Below, one piece after another: positions 1 to 14,015 of a stretch of 64,000 nt of DNA. How positions within the stretch are numbered: position 1 is the stretch's first letter; the number at the start of each line of letters is the position of its first letter. The stretch spans positions 80,414,001-80,478,000 of the forward strand of contig JANJGN010000015.1 of the NCBI GenBank assembly GCA_026770705.1. Direction: 5' to 3'. Source of the DNA: Isurus oxyrinchus. Taxonomy: Eukaryota. Below the pieces are notes generated by a model. That model was not told where the DNA came from and did no database searches. It saw only the letters and a program-made list of their open reading frames with translations. The translations under genes and the position numbers were made by a program.

Positions 1-1994
1 ACATATTTATATTACAGAGCAGTACATGCAGTGTCAGAACATTCAGTGTTTAGTAGTTCAAAGCAAAAGATTAGAAGCAGGCCAAGGATAATATCTGGTT
101 AATCCATCACAAAATAAAAAAAAAAAAATCTGCAATCATTGCACAAGGTTTTAGAACCAAAATAAGCTCGAGTGCAATGCGGCTCTATGTCAGTGCGCCT
201 GAACATCTCCAAGCCAAGCCTGTCAGTCCAATTATTCCGCCAAGCGTCAGGGATTTTCTGCTTAATTAAAGTTGGACTCCATTTACCATTTTTCACTTCA
301 AAGGTGGAAATCTCTGCAGGAAACATTACTGTCGATTTCACTTCCCTTTTTTACAATTTTTGTGCTTTATAATGCAAAGCTGACAGAATTTGAGATGCTT
401 GTTGGGAACAAAATCCAGCCCACAAAATGTTTTCTATCTAAACCAGGCCTGTGACAGTACAGAATCAGAAAGGAATGAAACAAAAGGAATGGGATAGAAG
501 GACAGAAAGGACAGACTTTTCCATTTTCACCCTATTAGCATAAGCACAGTTCCACCACCCTTTTCAAATGGTCAATTAAGCTTCTGAATTTACATAAGAT
601 CTGAATTAAAGCTGAAAAATCAGTCCAAATGCTATGGAATAATTTAAAGAGACAATAGTTTCTTTGTAGACCTGTATAGCCATGGGGCTTAAACTGCCAA
701 ATGGCCAAATCCCATAGTGCAGCTTTTGTTTAAATAAAATATTTCATTGCATGTTCTTCAAAATATGTCCTGCATTAATGCTAGATTGAATGCAGATGTC
801 AATGTTGGTGGCATCTTGTACAAAAGGTAAATGAAAATAGTCAAGATCGCTGCAACAATTTTTTACTTCTACTAGATCCAAACAGTCCCAGTATTTGTGA
901 ATTTCATGACTCAACAAAAAAACAAACTGGAAATGTACAGATAATTAAAATCAAACCACAGTGTTTACTGAGTTTTCAATCCGCAAATACCACAGTTGTT
1001 AAAAAAAATGATATATGTCATCAAGATAAACACCAGGAGCTGAATTTTTGCCTGGGTTCAGAAACATGTTTCAGTGCGTGAATGGCCACACTTTGACCCA
1101 AATTTTCACTCCCGGGTTGGGGGCAGAGAGATGGCAGGATTCCCAGGTCCACGAGCCCAACCTTTAAGAACTTCTGACTTTCAGTTGGGGATGGTGGGCT
1201 AAGATTAGGAATTGGGGCGGGCATCCCCAGAAGTAATGACATGTCAGGAGTGGGCCTGGTGTGGGCTGGACAACTCAAGTATAGATGAAAAAGTCAGAAA
1301 GGCATTTTTTGAGAGGGGGCTCGTTAATGCTGAAGTCCCTGAGCCCAGGAAGAGACGTCATTGCCTTGTCAGGTGAATGCCAAAACTGTAAATGTTGTCC
1401 AGCTGTTAGCTGACCTCGGAACGGATGGCCCATCATTGGCTTTCCCTATGGAGGAATTGTCATTGTTGCTGTCTAATCAAAGTGTACTCTACTGAAGGAC
1501 TGAAAGCATGGAGTGCATTCACAAGACATAGCCATGGAGATGGCATTGTCTTGCCACCATTACCTGCTACAGATATTATGCTGCCAAGACTCAGTGGGTG
1601 GACGAATGATGAACAGTGTCATGCTCATTAACCCATCCACTTTTCCTCCTGCCACCCATCTTTCAGCATGTATCCACACTGTTGACTCTTAGCCAGCTGC
1701 ATACCGTCGCAGTGTAACACTGTGACTAAGACGGAGGAAACCCGTCGGGCTGTCAGTGGTCAGGGAGCACAACACACTACCTTGGAGACAAGAGCCACAA
1801 TACACATGGCACCAAACATTCGCGCAGAGCCAGCTTCTCCAACAAACCTCACCAGTAGTCAATGATGAAAATGATTAGTGCATATGAGTGTACAAAAGTG
1901 GATGAGAGCATTGTAATGTGAATGGCTCACTACCCTTTTCACCTCACATTTTTATTGATGGACTGTTACACAGAGATGCAGTGGAATGGATGGG

Positions 1995-2735
1995 TCCAGC
2001 TGTGCCACACTTTTCTGATCAGGACCTTCACGTTTTGGGTGGAAGAAGTGCAGAAGAGGAGACCAGTCCTCTACCCTATTGACTGCCGTAATGTCCCTTC
2101 AGCAATCTTGGGCAGGATTTTCCAGCCCCACTGACCGCTGGGATCATCTGGTCCTGCCGAAGATCAATGGACTTTGGGTTGGGCTGCCAAATCTCCCACA
2201 GTGGGCCCTGCCACAACGGAGCTGGAAATTCCCGGCCCAAGGATAACTGGATTCAAATTGTGGTTGTGGTGAGCACAGCAGGACACCATCAGCCCTCATC
2301 GATTCAGTGCAGGAGAAGGTTCAATGACATGCTGCCTTCCGGCAAGGTGAGTAGCTTGGTGCATCCACACAGAGCTCCAAGGGAAAGGCCATAATTGCAT
2401 GCTGCAGCCAAGGTGCGAGACATGACACATACCTCTGCTTCACTACTAAGGCTTATATGTGCAAGCTGCTCATGTAGCTGTGCATAGAACACATGCAATT
2501 GAGTACGGTGATGCACAGACACAGTGAACAGCAATATCCCTCCATGCACTATATATCAGGCTAACATCAATTTATGTTGTTGTTGAAGTGGAATAGGGTG
2601 AAGAACACTGAGGAGATGGACCAAACTGGGGTTGGCTCAGCCTGGTCGAGACGCATTCATCCCATGGATGGACCTGGAGATTGCCAGGGTGCTGGAGCGG
2701 CTGCCTGTTGGTGATGGTGAATCACCGTTTGCAGG
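1995..2735 (+). pseudogene. Decayed PIF/Harbinger Myb/SANT-like (ORF2) gene remnant, probably two exons, interrupted by a MITE
   Basis: Joining frames gives PHFSDQDLHVL/VEEVQKRRPVLYP...[MITE]...KDNWIQIVVVVSTAG...QCRRRFNDML, followed by a donor AAG|gtgagt at about 2347. A later piece reads NRVKNTEEMDQTGVG...LEIARVLERLPVGDGE. This resembles Harbinger/NAIF1-like Myb-SANT proteins. It is frameshifted. Confidence 0.6.
2110..2238. mobile_element. Short MITE with terminal inverted repeats (Harbinger-type)
   Basis: TIRs gggcaggattttccagc ... gctggaaattcccggccc. It splits the Myb-like frame. No clean TSD. Confidence 0.65.
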
Positions 2736-4419
2736 TGATAAAGGTGGCATTGAAATCAGTGAGCACAAGGGGACACTGGGATGACAGGGAGTGAAAGGAT
2801 GGGATTGCGTCTTAAGGGCAGCACAAGCATGGTTAAGGCAGTCTCGTGCATCGAAGTGTGCTTTCACAATGAGAACGGCTACACCTAAACAACTCCTTTC
2901 GTGCCTCACACAGGTCCCGGCTCAGGCATCAATAGGGGGAAGAGATATCTGAGGAGGCAGCATCACATTATAATAGTCCATTCAGAGTATGAGTGTTGAT
3001 ATCTACAGAGTATATGGGGAGCTGTGTACCCTTAACCAGATAGTCACATTGTTGGCACCGAGGTTGATGGATTGGATGACGGCTGTGCACCACCTCCATC
3101 AACTCCACCTGAAGGCCAACCCAGGATAGTGTAGGTCATCTCCATGGAGGGGCAGGGCAGGGTTGGATAATTGTAATAATGAGAGATAACCATGTTGTTA
3201 GAAAAAGGGATAAAACTAGCATTAAGATGAAAACAGAATCCATCTGGATTGAATCTGGATTGAGAGAAAGGAAAGTGAGGGATCAAACACATTAATGAGC
3301 GTAATCGACAGATTGCCTAATAGTGGAAGAAAAGTAGAGGCAGGAATATGTGAGAAATTCTATGAAATGAGTAACATAATACTAGTAGAGTTCAACCATC
3401 CCAAATGAGCAAGAGTTAGGGAAGGTGAAAAGGGATTAGAGTTTTAGCCATTTGTGTAGGAATTCTACTTGTTCAGTAATAAAAAGAACATAGTATATCA
3501 AAAGGCTAGATAAACACATGAGGGAGAAAGAAATAAATGACTATGCTTATGTGTTTCAATGAAGAAGGGTGGGAGGAGGCTCAGGTGAAACATAAATGCC
3601 TACATAGAATAATTGGGTTGATTAGCCTGTTTCTGTTCTTTGCACTCAATGTAATCCAAATGCATAGCGTTCAGTGTTGACAGAGTTTCTGTGGGATTTG
3701 GGCAGAGTCTTGTTGTCATCAGGTGCCTGATCCAGCACAGCTCTCTCGCCAGGGATTTTTCAAATGTGTGAACAGGTCAAGTAACAGCATGGCTCTCCAA
3801 CCAGAGTTGAAGAATCCTCATTGAAACATGCAAAGCTGAAACCAGTAAGTTTCATGCACAGAAAGCCAAAATAAAGATTGAGAAAGAGAGATGGAATTAG
3901 AGAGAGACAGAAAAAAGGACAAAAAACTAGAAATAAGTGCATTTATTTTTTCAACACGAATGATATTCTGAAGGAATGAGACATCACATTTATAAATTTA
4001 AATTTTCAAGTCCAGAGAGGCTGTTTGGCAGAAATCATCACTTATCACAGTTAAAATTTCACGGTTACCTGAATGCATCAGCCCTAACTTCTGTTGTGTT
4101 TGGTGGCTAAGTAGTTGGTTAAGTGCAATAAGTTCATGCCCTTATGTTGATTTCAGTGCCAAGGCTAGAGGCAAGGTATGATTCTAGCACAGCTTGTGGG
4201 GTAGCAGGGTAACTCTGGATTTCCACATTTAACTGCAGTTGTGTGGACTGTTAGATTCACTCCATAAAGACAATGAGCACCATTAGTTCACCATCAATCT
4301 CAACACAAAAACTACACTTTAAACCAGAGATGATTGATCGGGAGAATACCAAATACACTTGATTTGGAACACAATGTTTAATTTTATTGTCAAAAGGAAA
4401 TACTGTGGATGTTGGAAAC

Positions 4420-5995
4420 CAGACAGTGGAGTTAGTTCAGGCACAGTCAAGGTGCATTCTCACATGAGGAATTGAGAGGACAAACAAAGCCACAGCCCCT
4501 GGATGATAAAAGACATAAAGAGTAAAATGGAGCAGAAAAATGGTGCACGCGACAGATGTCAGGTGGAGAATACAATTCAGAACCAGGCTGAGTATAGGAA
4601 GTTCAGAGAGGAACCAGAAAAAAGAAAAAAAAACAAAGAGACAGTATGAGTAGAGAATGGCAGCTAACATGAAAGGAAATCCTAAAGTCTTCTACAGGCT
4701 TATAAATCGTAAAACAGTGGAAAAAGAAGAAGTGGAGCTGAGTAGGGACCGAAAATAGGAATAATGCATAGAGGCAGAGGGCATGGTTGCGATGCAATCT
4801 GAATAGTTTTCATCTGTCTTTATCAAGGAAGAATATGCCATCCAAGCTATGGTGAAAAAGGAGGTAGTTGAGACACTAGATGGATTCAAAATTGATAAGG
4901 AGGAGGTATAAGGTATGCTGGCTATAATTAAAGCTAATAAGTTGCTGGGACCAGATCAGATGCATCCAAGGATACTGAGGGAAGCGAGGGTAGAAAAATG
5001 CAGAGGTACTGGCCATAATCCTCCAATCCTCCTTAGATAAGGGGGTGGTGCAAGGGGACTGGAGAACAGCAAGTGACACAGTCTTATTCAAAATATGATC
5101 CAAGGATAAGCCCAGCAAACAGAGCCCAGTCAGTTTAACCTCAGTGGTGGGAAAGCATCGGCCTTGTGGGATGACGGTTTGCACCGTGATAATCAACTCT
5201 GTGTTAAACATCACCTGGTGTGGCTCAGGAGCCCTGCTCTGGCATTGCAGTCTCTGCCGCATTTGCTGCAGAGGAAGACAGTGGGCTGAGAAGATGCATG
5301 ACTTGCTGGCCTCTGTTTTCTCTGGGCCCTCCTCTTGGTCAGCTGAGCTTTTTGTTTCTGCTCACCTCTTCCAATATCCCTCCAAACAGTCAGTCTCCAG
5401 CGGTCACAACTGTCAGCAACTGTCTCCCATTTGTCAGTGTCAATGGGAAAGCATTAGAAACAATAATTCAGGACAAAACTAACAGCTAATAAGACAAATG
5501 CAGATTAATTAAGGAAAGCCTGCAGAGAGCTTGGTGAGGGTTATGTGGTTGATGTGGTGTACATCAACTTCCAAAAGGTGTTTGAGAAACTGTCACATAG
5601 CAGGCCTGTCAGCAAACTGAAGCCCACGGAATAAAGAGGACAATGGAAACATGGTTAGAAAGTTGACTGAATGACAGCAGACAGGGGGTAGTGGTGAATG
5701 ATTGTTTTTCAGGCTCTAGGAAGGTCCATAGTGGGATTGTCCTGGGCGGATGATAGGACCCCTGCTCTTCTGGATCTGTAATAATGACCTAGACTTGGGC
5801 ATAGAGGATACAACTTCAAAATTTGCAGATGATACAAAACTTTTGTGGACTGTGAGGGGAATGTTAGAGAGGACTGGAGGACAGATGGAACGGTCCGACA
5901 TGTGGCAGTTGAAATTTAAAGCAGCAAAGCGTGAAGTGATTTATTCAACAGAAACAATGAGGAAAGAAATGTAAAATCATGAACACAACTCTAAA
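4420..5995 (+). mobile_element. CR1 LINE ORF2 (RT) fragment, decayed
   Basis: ORF 5750-5974 has GPLLFWIC.NDLDLG...SKFADDTKL. Upstream are GPDQMHPRIL and PVSLTSVVGK-like motifs. Stops and frameshifts are present. Confidence 0.85.
5159..5443 (-). mobile_element. RTE-clade LINE 3' fragment inserted into CR1
   Basis: Similar to the RTE 3' ends at 20300-20780 and 49250-49600. Flanked by the 11-bp TSD tgggaaagcat (5148-5158, 5444-5454). Confidence 0.8.
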
Positions 5996-6159
5996 GAGAT
6001 CATAAGACCATAAAAAATAGGAGTAGGCCATTTAGTCCCTCTAGCCTGCTCCACTATTCAGTGAGATCATGGCTGATCTGATTGTGGCTTGAAAAACCAC
6101 TTTCCTGTCTGCCACCAAACCCACCCCTGCTGCATAACCGTTGACTCCCTTGTCGATCG

Positions 6160-6920
6160 AACAGCATCTTGATTTTTAAATTCTTGTCCTTGTTTTCAAA
6201 TCCTTCCATGGCCTCACCCCTCCCTATCTCTATAATCTCCCTCATCACACAATCCTTGGTGATAACTGTGCCCCTTTGATTCTAGCCTTGTGAGCATCCC
6301 CAACTTTAATTGTGCCATCATTCGTGGACATGCATTCTGCTGTCTCAGCTCTAAGCTGTGGAATTTTAAAAATTTATTCTTTCATGGGATGTGGGCATCA
6401 CTGGCAAAGGCAGCATTAGTTGCCTATCCATAATTGCCATTGAATTGAGGGGCTTGCTAGGCCATTTCAGAAGGCACTTAAGAGTCAACCACATTGCTGT
6501 GTGTCTCCAGTCACAAGTACAGCAGACCAGGTAAGGACAACAGATTTCCTTCCCTAAAGGGAATTTGTGAATCAGCTGGGTTTTTACAACAATCAGTGAT
6601 ATTTTTGTGGCCATCATTACTGAGGCTAGCTTTCAATTACAGATTTTTTTTTTACTAATTGAATTTAAATTCCACCAGCTGCCATGGTGGGATTTGAACC
6701 ATGCCCCCAGAGCATTAATCTGGGCCTCTGGATTGCTAGACCAGTGATTACCAGTATGTCACTGTCTTCCCTAAATCTTTCCTGCCCACATCTCAGCTCC
6801 AATCTAACTCACCATCCTTCAAACCTACCTCCTTGACGGCTTTTGGCCATCTGTACCAATACTTCCTAATGTTGCTTGGGGTCACATTTTGTTTCATAAT
6901 GCTCCTGTGAAGTGTCTTCA
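6160..6920 (+). mobile_element. L2-type LINE 3' end, split by a SINE
   Basis: Frame KFLSLFSN/..FKSFHGLTPPYL resembles the L2 C-terminus. The sequence resumes after about 6770 with FKPTSLT-like text and an L2-like tail. Confidence 0.6.
6366..6770 (-). mobile_element. tRNA-derived SINE with LINE-derived tail
   Basis: Reverse B-box ggttcaaatcccaccatggcagc at about 6680-6700. The tail (reverse of gggatgtgggcatcactggcaaagg) is shared with LINE 3' ends at about 15890-15940 and 17300-17360. Confidence 0.75.
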
Positions 6921-9330
6921 GAATCACAGAATCACAGAGAGCAGAAGAGGCCCTGCGGCCCATCAAGTCTGCACCAACACGTGAGAAACACCTGACCTAC
7001 CTACCTAATCCCATTTACCAGCACTTGGCCCATAGCCTTGAGTGTTATAATGTGCCAAGTACTCATCCAGGTACTTTTTAGAGGATGTGAGGCAACCCGC
7101 CTCCACCACCCTCCCAGACAGTGCATTCCAGACCGTCACCACCCTCTGAGTAAAAAGGTTTTTCCTCACAACCCCCTAAACCTCCTGCCCCTTACCTTGT
7201 ACTTATGTCCCCTTGTGACTGACCCTTCAAATAAGGGGAACAGCCACTCCCTATCCACCCTGTCCATGCCCCTCATTATCTTGTACACCTTGATCAGGTG
7301 GCCCTCAGTCTTCTCTGCTCCAACGAAAACAACCCAAGTCTTTCCAACTTCTCTTCATAACTTAAATGTTTCATCCTGGTGAATCTCCTCTGCACCCCCT
7401 CCAGTGCCATCACATCCTTCCTATAATGTGGCGATCAGAACTGCACACAGTACTCCACCTGTGGCCTCACCAAGATTCCATATAACTCTAACATGACCTC
7501 CCTACTTTTGTCATCTATGCCTTGATTGATAAAGACAAGTGTCCCATATGCCTTTTTTACCACCCCACTAGCATGTCCCTCCACCTTCAGAAATCTATGA
7601 ACACACATGCCAAGGTCCCTTTGTTCCTCAGAACTTCCTAGTTTCATGCCATTCATTGAACACTTCCTTGTCAAATTACTCCTTCCAAAGTATATCACCT
7701 CACACTTTCCAGGGTTAAATTCCATCTGCCACTTATCTGTCCATTTGACCATCCCGTCTATATCTTCCTGAAGCCCAAGATACTCAACTTCATTGTTAAC
7801 CACCAGCCAATCTTTGTGTCATCCACAAACTTATTAATCCCACCCCCCACATAGTTATCTATGTAATTTATATAAATGACCAATAATAGGGGACCCAGCA
7901 CAGATCCCTGTGGTAGGCCACTGGACACTGGCTTCCAGTCACAAAAGCGTCCTTCTGTCATCACCCTCTGTCTCCTACAACTAAGCCAATTTTGAATCCA
8001 CCTTATCAAATTACCCTCTATCCCATGTGCATTTGCCTTCTTTATAAGTCTCCTATGTGGGCAGAACTCCCAACGTCACCGCGCGCCATTTAAATTTTCA
8101 GGAAGGCGGGGCGCAGCAAAATCAGCTGCACGCCCGTCGACCTGTCAGTGGCCAATTGAGGCCATTGACAGATCAATTAAAGTAATTAGTGGCCCTGCCC
8201 GTCCAACCTTATGATTGCGGAGCAGGCCAGGAGCCCCGGCAGCAACTAGAAAAAACATGAAACCTCATGGTGGGATGAGGTTTTAAGTAGGGTTTTAAAA
8301 ATTTTAATTAAGCTGTTACAGAAATTATGAACATGTCCCAACTCATGTGACATTGCCTATTTTTAATATTGTTGTCAGCTGAGCTGATCTTCCTGAGGCA
8401 GCACCTAGCCTCAGGGAGATGAGTGCGCTCCTTCGTGCGCATGGGCAAAAGAGCACACTCTCGATTTTAGGGATTCCCCCCGCCTGCACAGGGAGCGAAC
8501 AGCACTACCCTGCCGACGTCGCGCTGGGCGGGCCTTAATTGGCTCGCCCACGTCAAATGGCACCACGCCTCCAATCGGGGATGCCGATCGGAAGTGCGGC
8601 TGTACGCACCCGCCCATCAACTTCCCCCCGCAACAGGCGGAAAATTCTAGCCATATAAACTACATCAACTGTACTACCATCATCCAGATACCTGGTCACC
8701 TCCTCAAAAAATTCAATCAAATTTGTTAGGCATGACCTCCCCCTACAAAGCCGTGCTGACTATCCCTGATCAAACCTTGCCTCTCCAAGTGGAGATAGAT
8801 TCTCTCCTTCAAAATTTTCTTCAATAGTTTCTCTACCACTGATGTGAGACTCACTAGCCTGTAGTTCCCTGGCTTTTTTCTACAACCCTTTTTAAATAGC
8901 AGAACCACATTAGCTGTTCTCCAGTCCTCTGGGAACCTCCCCCGTGGCCAGAGTGGAATAAAAAATTTGGGTCAGAACCCCTGCGATCTCCTCCCTTGCC
9001 TCCCTCAGCAGTCTGGGACACAAATCATCCAGACCTGGAGATTTGTTCACTTTTAAGCCTGCCAACACCTCCAATACCTTGATACCCTATATCAATTTGT
9101 TCAAGAACCTCGCAATCCCTCTCCTCGAGTTTGATACCTTCATCCTCATTCTCTTGGGTGAAGACGGATGTGAAGTATTAGTTCAAAACTCTACTGATGT
9201 CCTTTGGCTCCACCCATGGATTGGCCCCATGGTCCCTAATGAGTCCTGTTCTTTCCCTGGTTATCCTCTTCCCATTGATACACTTGTAGAATTTTCCTTA
9301 CTTTTGCCATCTTGGGTTGTTTTGTTATGT
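6921..9330 (-). mobile_element. CR1 LINE ORF2 3' portion (relatively young), interrupted by a MITE
   Basis: ORFs 7435-7803, 7758-8009 and 8726-8908 give PQGSVLGPLL, KFVDDTKIG and NYRLVSLTSVV. It ends in an 8-bp tail repeat (gaatcaca)n at 6921. Confidence 0.92.
8059..8652 (+). mobile_element. GC-rich Harbinger-type MITE inserted in CR1
   Basis: Ends gggcagaact...aaaattctagcc. Internal motifs (ggccaattgaggcc, aaacctcat/atgaggttt, ccctgaggcagc..gcctcaggg) are shared with 16565-17183 and 43713-44233. Confidence 0.75.
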
Positions 9331-11891
9331 TAAAGGAGCTATATAAATGCAGTGTCTGCTGTTGAATAACCAGAATGCCCGCATGAGCATTGGACTTTTT
9401 AAAATACATTTGGATGAAAATTCTGAGGTTCCCCGTCATTAGCAGGGCCAGACAGACAGAAAGAACAAATCAGAAATGTGCAGGAAGAGGTTGGCTGCAT
9501 GTGAGATTATGGCAGCTTGTTTTATCGCTTTGTGTTAGACTGAAGAAAGATATTCATTGACCTCCAATGTGCTCTAGCTTTCTCACCCCAAACTGGTCTT
9601 TCCATCATAGCAGGAAATCCGAGAGGCCGTTTCCAATTCTCCTGCGGAGTGACTGCTACGGTGACACACTGGGTAAGTCACATGTGGTGATTCATTCTAC
9701 TGCTATCTATTCACATTCTTCCAGCATGTGCCACTTCCAACAAAGCGAGTGTGAGTGTGATCAGCCCAGCAAGGAGCACCTGGGATGAAATGAGCACTCT
9801 GGGTGGAATCTTAAGAGGCCTGCAGAAGCAGGTTTGAAGGCAAAGCAGGAGCAGATCAGGGATGAGGGCGTTGAGTTGATGCCCCAACCTTGCAACCTTG
9901 CCAGAAATGGGATCAAAGTGGGAACAGCTATCCACCCGTCAGAGGCTGGAGGCAATTATTCCAATTAAGTATCCAAAGGGAAAAGTATGGGGATTCCATC
10001 AGGATCTTCCCAGCATCAGAGCATACACGCCCTAAGTGCAAAGCCCGACGGTTCTGTAGAGATGGTCCTTTGGCAGCAGGCTGAGGGACATTCGGGACCA
10101 GAGACTCCATGCTCTATTGACAGAGCCATGAGGATGAAAGGCCATTTCCATGGCCGACACCAATCTCCCACAGGGATTTTCTCTCTACTCCGATGCCCTT
10201 ATCAGCCTTAGGCCTCTTTATTTTCGGAACCTAATTCAAACTTCTGCAGGTGCCTTCATATTGATGTTTCCTCCTGGTTTCCTACCTGCCTCAACAGAAC
10301 CCACCTCACTCAGTGGGGCTGCCAGCTATCCAGAGCTGTGGACCTCTCACCTCTGGAACACACCCATGTCCTTTGTTGGACTGCAGAGACAAAGGCTGCC
10401 AATTAGGACACGGTCTCCATGAAGATGGATCTGAAGTTTGCACAGCAGAATCTTAACAGAGTCAGTGGCAGAGAATTGGCCTCAATGCCGGAAAGCAACA
10501 GAAGATTCCACTCTCTATGTTCAGGGTAGTGACACACTCAGTGGTCTGCACTGTTGTATTGACTGAAATATTCTGAACCAGCCTGGTAACTTTACTGTTT
10601 CAGAATAAGACCAGCTCTTGCTGAGATTCCTATTGTGAGATAAGTCACTATTCAGAAATTGGAGCCTGATTGGAGCCTGATAAAGTTAAATGAATAATAC
10701 ACCCCAGCGATTCACAAAATTCTTGTTTTTACTCCAACAGATGAACCATTTCTAATTGTGTTAAGAGCCATTCATAATTCTCAAGCAGTTGTAAGTCCTG
10801 CTCAGATGTGACCAAACATGTGCACTGTGATTGTTTTTACAAGTCATGAACCAAGTTTACAAAGCCCATTGGGCAGAATATTGCCTCCCCTTTTCAAAGC
10901 TAAATATTTTCTGATATCTAAAAGTACAACAAATAAGCAGCGAAGTCAACCTGCTGTTTACATTCAGCGTGAACCTGTCACATTCAAATGTTTCCAACAC
11001 CAGCCTAATGCCCAAGCTGTTCTTTGAATAAACAACACCGGTTTGATGAAAAACAGGGTTGCTTCTCAAACTTGCTAGTCTACAGGAATATGAAAAAGCA
11101 AACCAGTTAAACACAGTTTATGAGGGACATGTCCCATTGCACTGAATCTTTGCTCCTACATATGTCTTTGCACTTGACACAAATATGAGGCAGCGGAAAT
11201 ATCAAAAACACATCACTTCTCAGGTGATGCTCACAGCTGAAACCTTTCTGCAACTAAGCCCCTCAATTCAAAAGCTGCCAGTGCAGCTCCCCAAGTCTTG
11301 TGGCAGCAAAGTGATCTCAAATGTTGCTCTCCTCAAATAGATGCGTTCTTTGAAACACTCGATTGAAACGTTTATGTATTATCACTTTGTAGGACAGCAC
11401 GCAGATACTCTCAGTGATCACGTCGAATTCAGCTGATTGTACGCTGCTCCCATTCAGTGACAGCTGGTGAACTCTTTTAACAGGTGAGACACAAGCTATA
11501 TTTTCCAACTCATGCCTACTAATATGTTACCATGCCAACAAGTCCATGCACATATGCAATACGCTTTATTTTCTTGCTGATGTTGATCTTTCATTTTGAG
11601 AAGACCACAAAGTCAAATAAAAGAGTAAGGGGTTGGGGGGAGAGTCAGTGAAGAGAAGGGAGAAGGGGATGCCAATGTTCATACTATCACAACCAGTTCC
11701 TTTCCTGGAACTTATTCATCCCCATGTTGAAAATGTTGGCCACTGCAAAAAGACTCAGCAGAGGAGAGGGGAAGCTTTTCAATACAATAGCTAATATGCT
11801 GATATAAACATTTCCTGGAATGTGCCAAGTTAACAGGGAATAACTAATCTATCTTGGACAAATTAATAGGGAACTCAGTCACAATCTCCAT

Positions 11892-12677
11892 GGGCTGAAT
11901 TTTATGTTTCCCCACTGGAGGGCTGGGAGGCGCTAAGAAGGCTGGTAAAATTCCTCGGATGGTCTTCCCATCTGTCTCCCACCCCAACCTCTCCGCAATT
12001 TAATGGTGGGATGTGCAAGGGCTAGGCTGGTCCGCCCCTCACCCTAATAAGACTCTTAAGTGGGCAATTAGTGACAATTTAAGGGTTATTTCCAGCCCAG
12101 CCTCAATTTCCAGGCTGATGGGAGGAGTTCAGGAGCAGTGGGAAAGCCCAGAAAGTCATCCTGCTCATACCCCAATGGGAAGTGGGAGTGTTTGGGGGGG
12201 GCGGTCTTCCTTCAAAGGCCTGCCTTCCACATCAAGCATCCTTCCAAAAAAGTCTGCCCCCTGCTTCCCAATCTCCCCCACACTCGCCAACCTTTCCATC
12301 AAGATCCTCACCCACCTCGGGCTTTAACTCCTCTCCCCACAATGAGACCATCCACGCCTTCGACTCTGAGATTTAGAATCTGTGCCACTGCGCTACTGGC
12401 ACCGCTGGCACTTCACAGCTGCCTACCTAAGATAAATTAGGCGACTCCGTCAGAGGATGATGTGATGTTTGGTTTGAGTTTCCTGACTGCAAATCAGATT
12501 GGCCAGCAGCTCCATGGTGTGTGACTTATTCTCACGTAAGGGACAGAAGTCCCATCTCCTGCCAGGTAATGCTTCTCAGAAAGTTAAATATCTGTGGGGT
12601 AACCTGTATTGGTGGGGTTGTGTACCCGCTGACACTTTGGGCAGAGGGAAACCCTTGCCATTCAAAAAATCCCACCC
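11892..12677. mobile_element. Non-autonomous DNA transposon (Harbinger-type)
   Basis: TIRs gggctgaatttt / aaaatcccaccc with 3-bp flanks cat/tat. Confidence 0.6.
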
Positions 12678-13152
12678 TATGAGAATTCTCACTGAAGCCT
12701 TACCATTTTAACAAATCACGCTGCTCCCATTAACAAAGGAAACCAACTCAAGGAGTAATGATCCGCATTCCTGGGTCAGTGACAGAAATTAAAATCAATA
12801 TTTAAAAGAAAGCCAGTTGATAATCCTCTCCTCCATTTTGTCAGAAAGCTGACAAATCCCTGGGCAATTTACTTTGATCATCTGTCAATCCTGCAGACTC
12901 ACACCAATAGGCATCGCAATAAATTGAGACCTTGTTGTCTCATTTCAAACCCTGCTGAATACGTCACAACCAAAATCAGAAAATCACACTCATTTTCTCC
13001 ATTCCCGGTGAGACCTGCAGTAACTTTCACAAATATCAGTGGGACTGAATTAATGTATTAAAGTATTGTTGAACTGATTCACACCACAATGAAACAAAGC
13101 AAAACAGAAAGACAACAATCAACAATCTGAAGCAGCTTTTGAAATTGCAAAG

Positions 13153-14015
13153 TATCTATTATGCACATTGTCATTAGAATCTATTATACAATGTCACTAA
13201 CACCTTGTAGAGTATCTATTACACCTACTGTCATTAACACCTTGTATACTATCTATTATACACACTGTCACTAACACCTTGTACAGTATCTATTACACCT
13301 ACTGTCATTAACACCTTGTATACTATCTATTATACACACTGTCACTAATACCTTGTAGGGTATCTATTATACACACTGTCATTAACACCTTGTATGGCAT
13401 CCATTATACACACTGCTATTAACACCATGTACACTATCTATTATACACACTGTCACTAACACCTTGTAGGGTATCTATTATACACACTGTCACAAACAGC
13501 TTATAGAGTATCCATTATACATACTGTCACTAACACCTTGTAGAGTATCTATTATACATACTGTCATTAACATTATCTATTATAAATTCTATCATTAACA
13601 CCCTGCACCATATCTATTATAGACACTGTCATTAACGCCCTGTACAGTACCGATTATACACACCGTCATTAGCACCCTGTACAGCATCTATTATACACTG
13701 TCATTAACACCCTGTACAGTATGTATTATACACACTGTCATTAACACCCTGTACATTATCTATTATACACAGTGACATTAACACCCTGTACATTATCCAT
13801 TATGCACTGTGTCATTAACACCCTGTGTTGTATCTATTTTACACATTGTCATTAACACCTTTTACAGAATCTATCATGCACACTGACATTAACACCCTGT
13901 ACAGAATCTATTATACATATTATGATTAACACGCTATACAGTATATATTATACACTCTGTCATTAACACCCTGTATCATATCTATTATACACGTTATTAG
14001 TAAGTCTGTACAGTA
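13153..14015. repeat. 37-bp minisatellite, about 23 copies (tatctattatacacactgtcattaacaccYtgtacag)
   Basis: tatctatt recurs at 13213, 13250, 13287 and onward, giving period 37. Confidence 0.95.

Noticed and set aside
9540-10515. Possible further Harbinger internal remnant (also about 44400-45100)
   Set aside because: It shows only vague motif resemblance and is too decayed to support a call without alignment.
13153-14015. CRISPR-like array (37-bp period)
   Set aside because: The units are contiguous with no unique spacers, there are no cas genes, and the context is eukaryotic.
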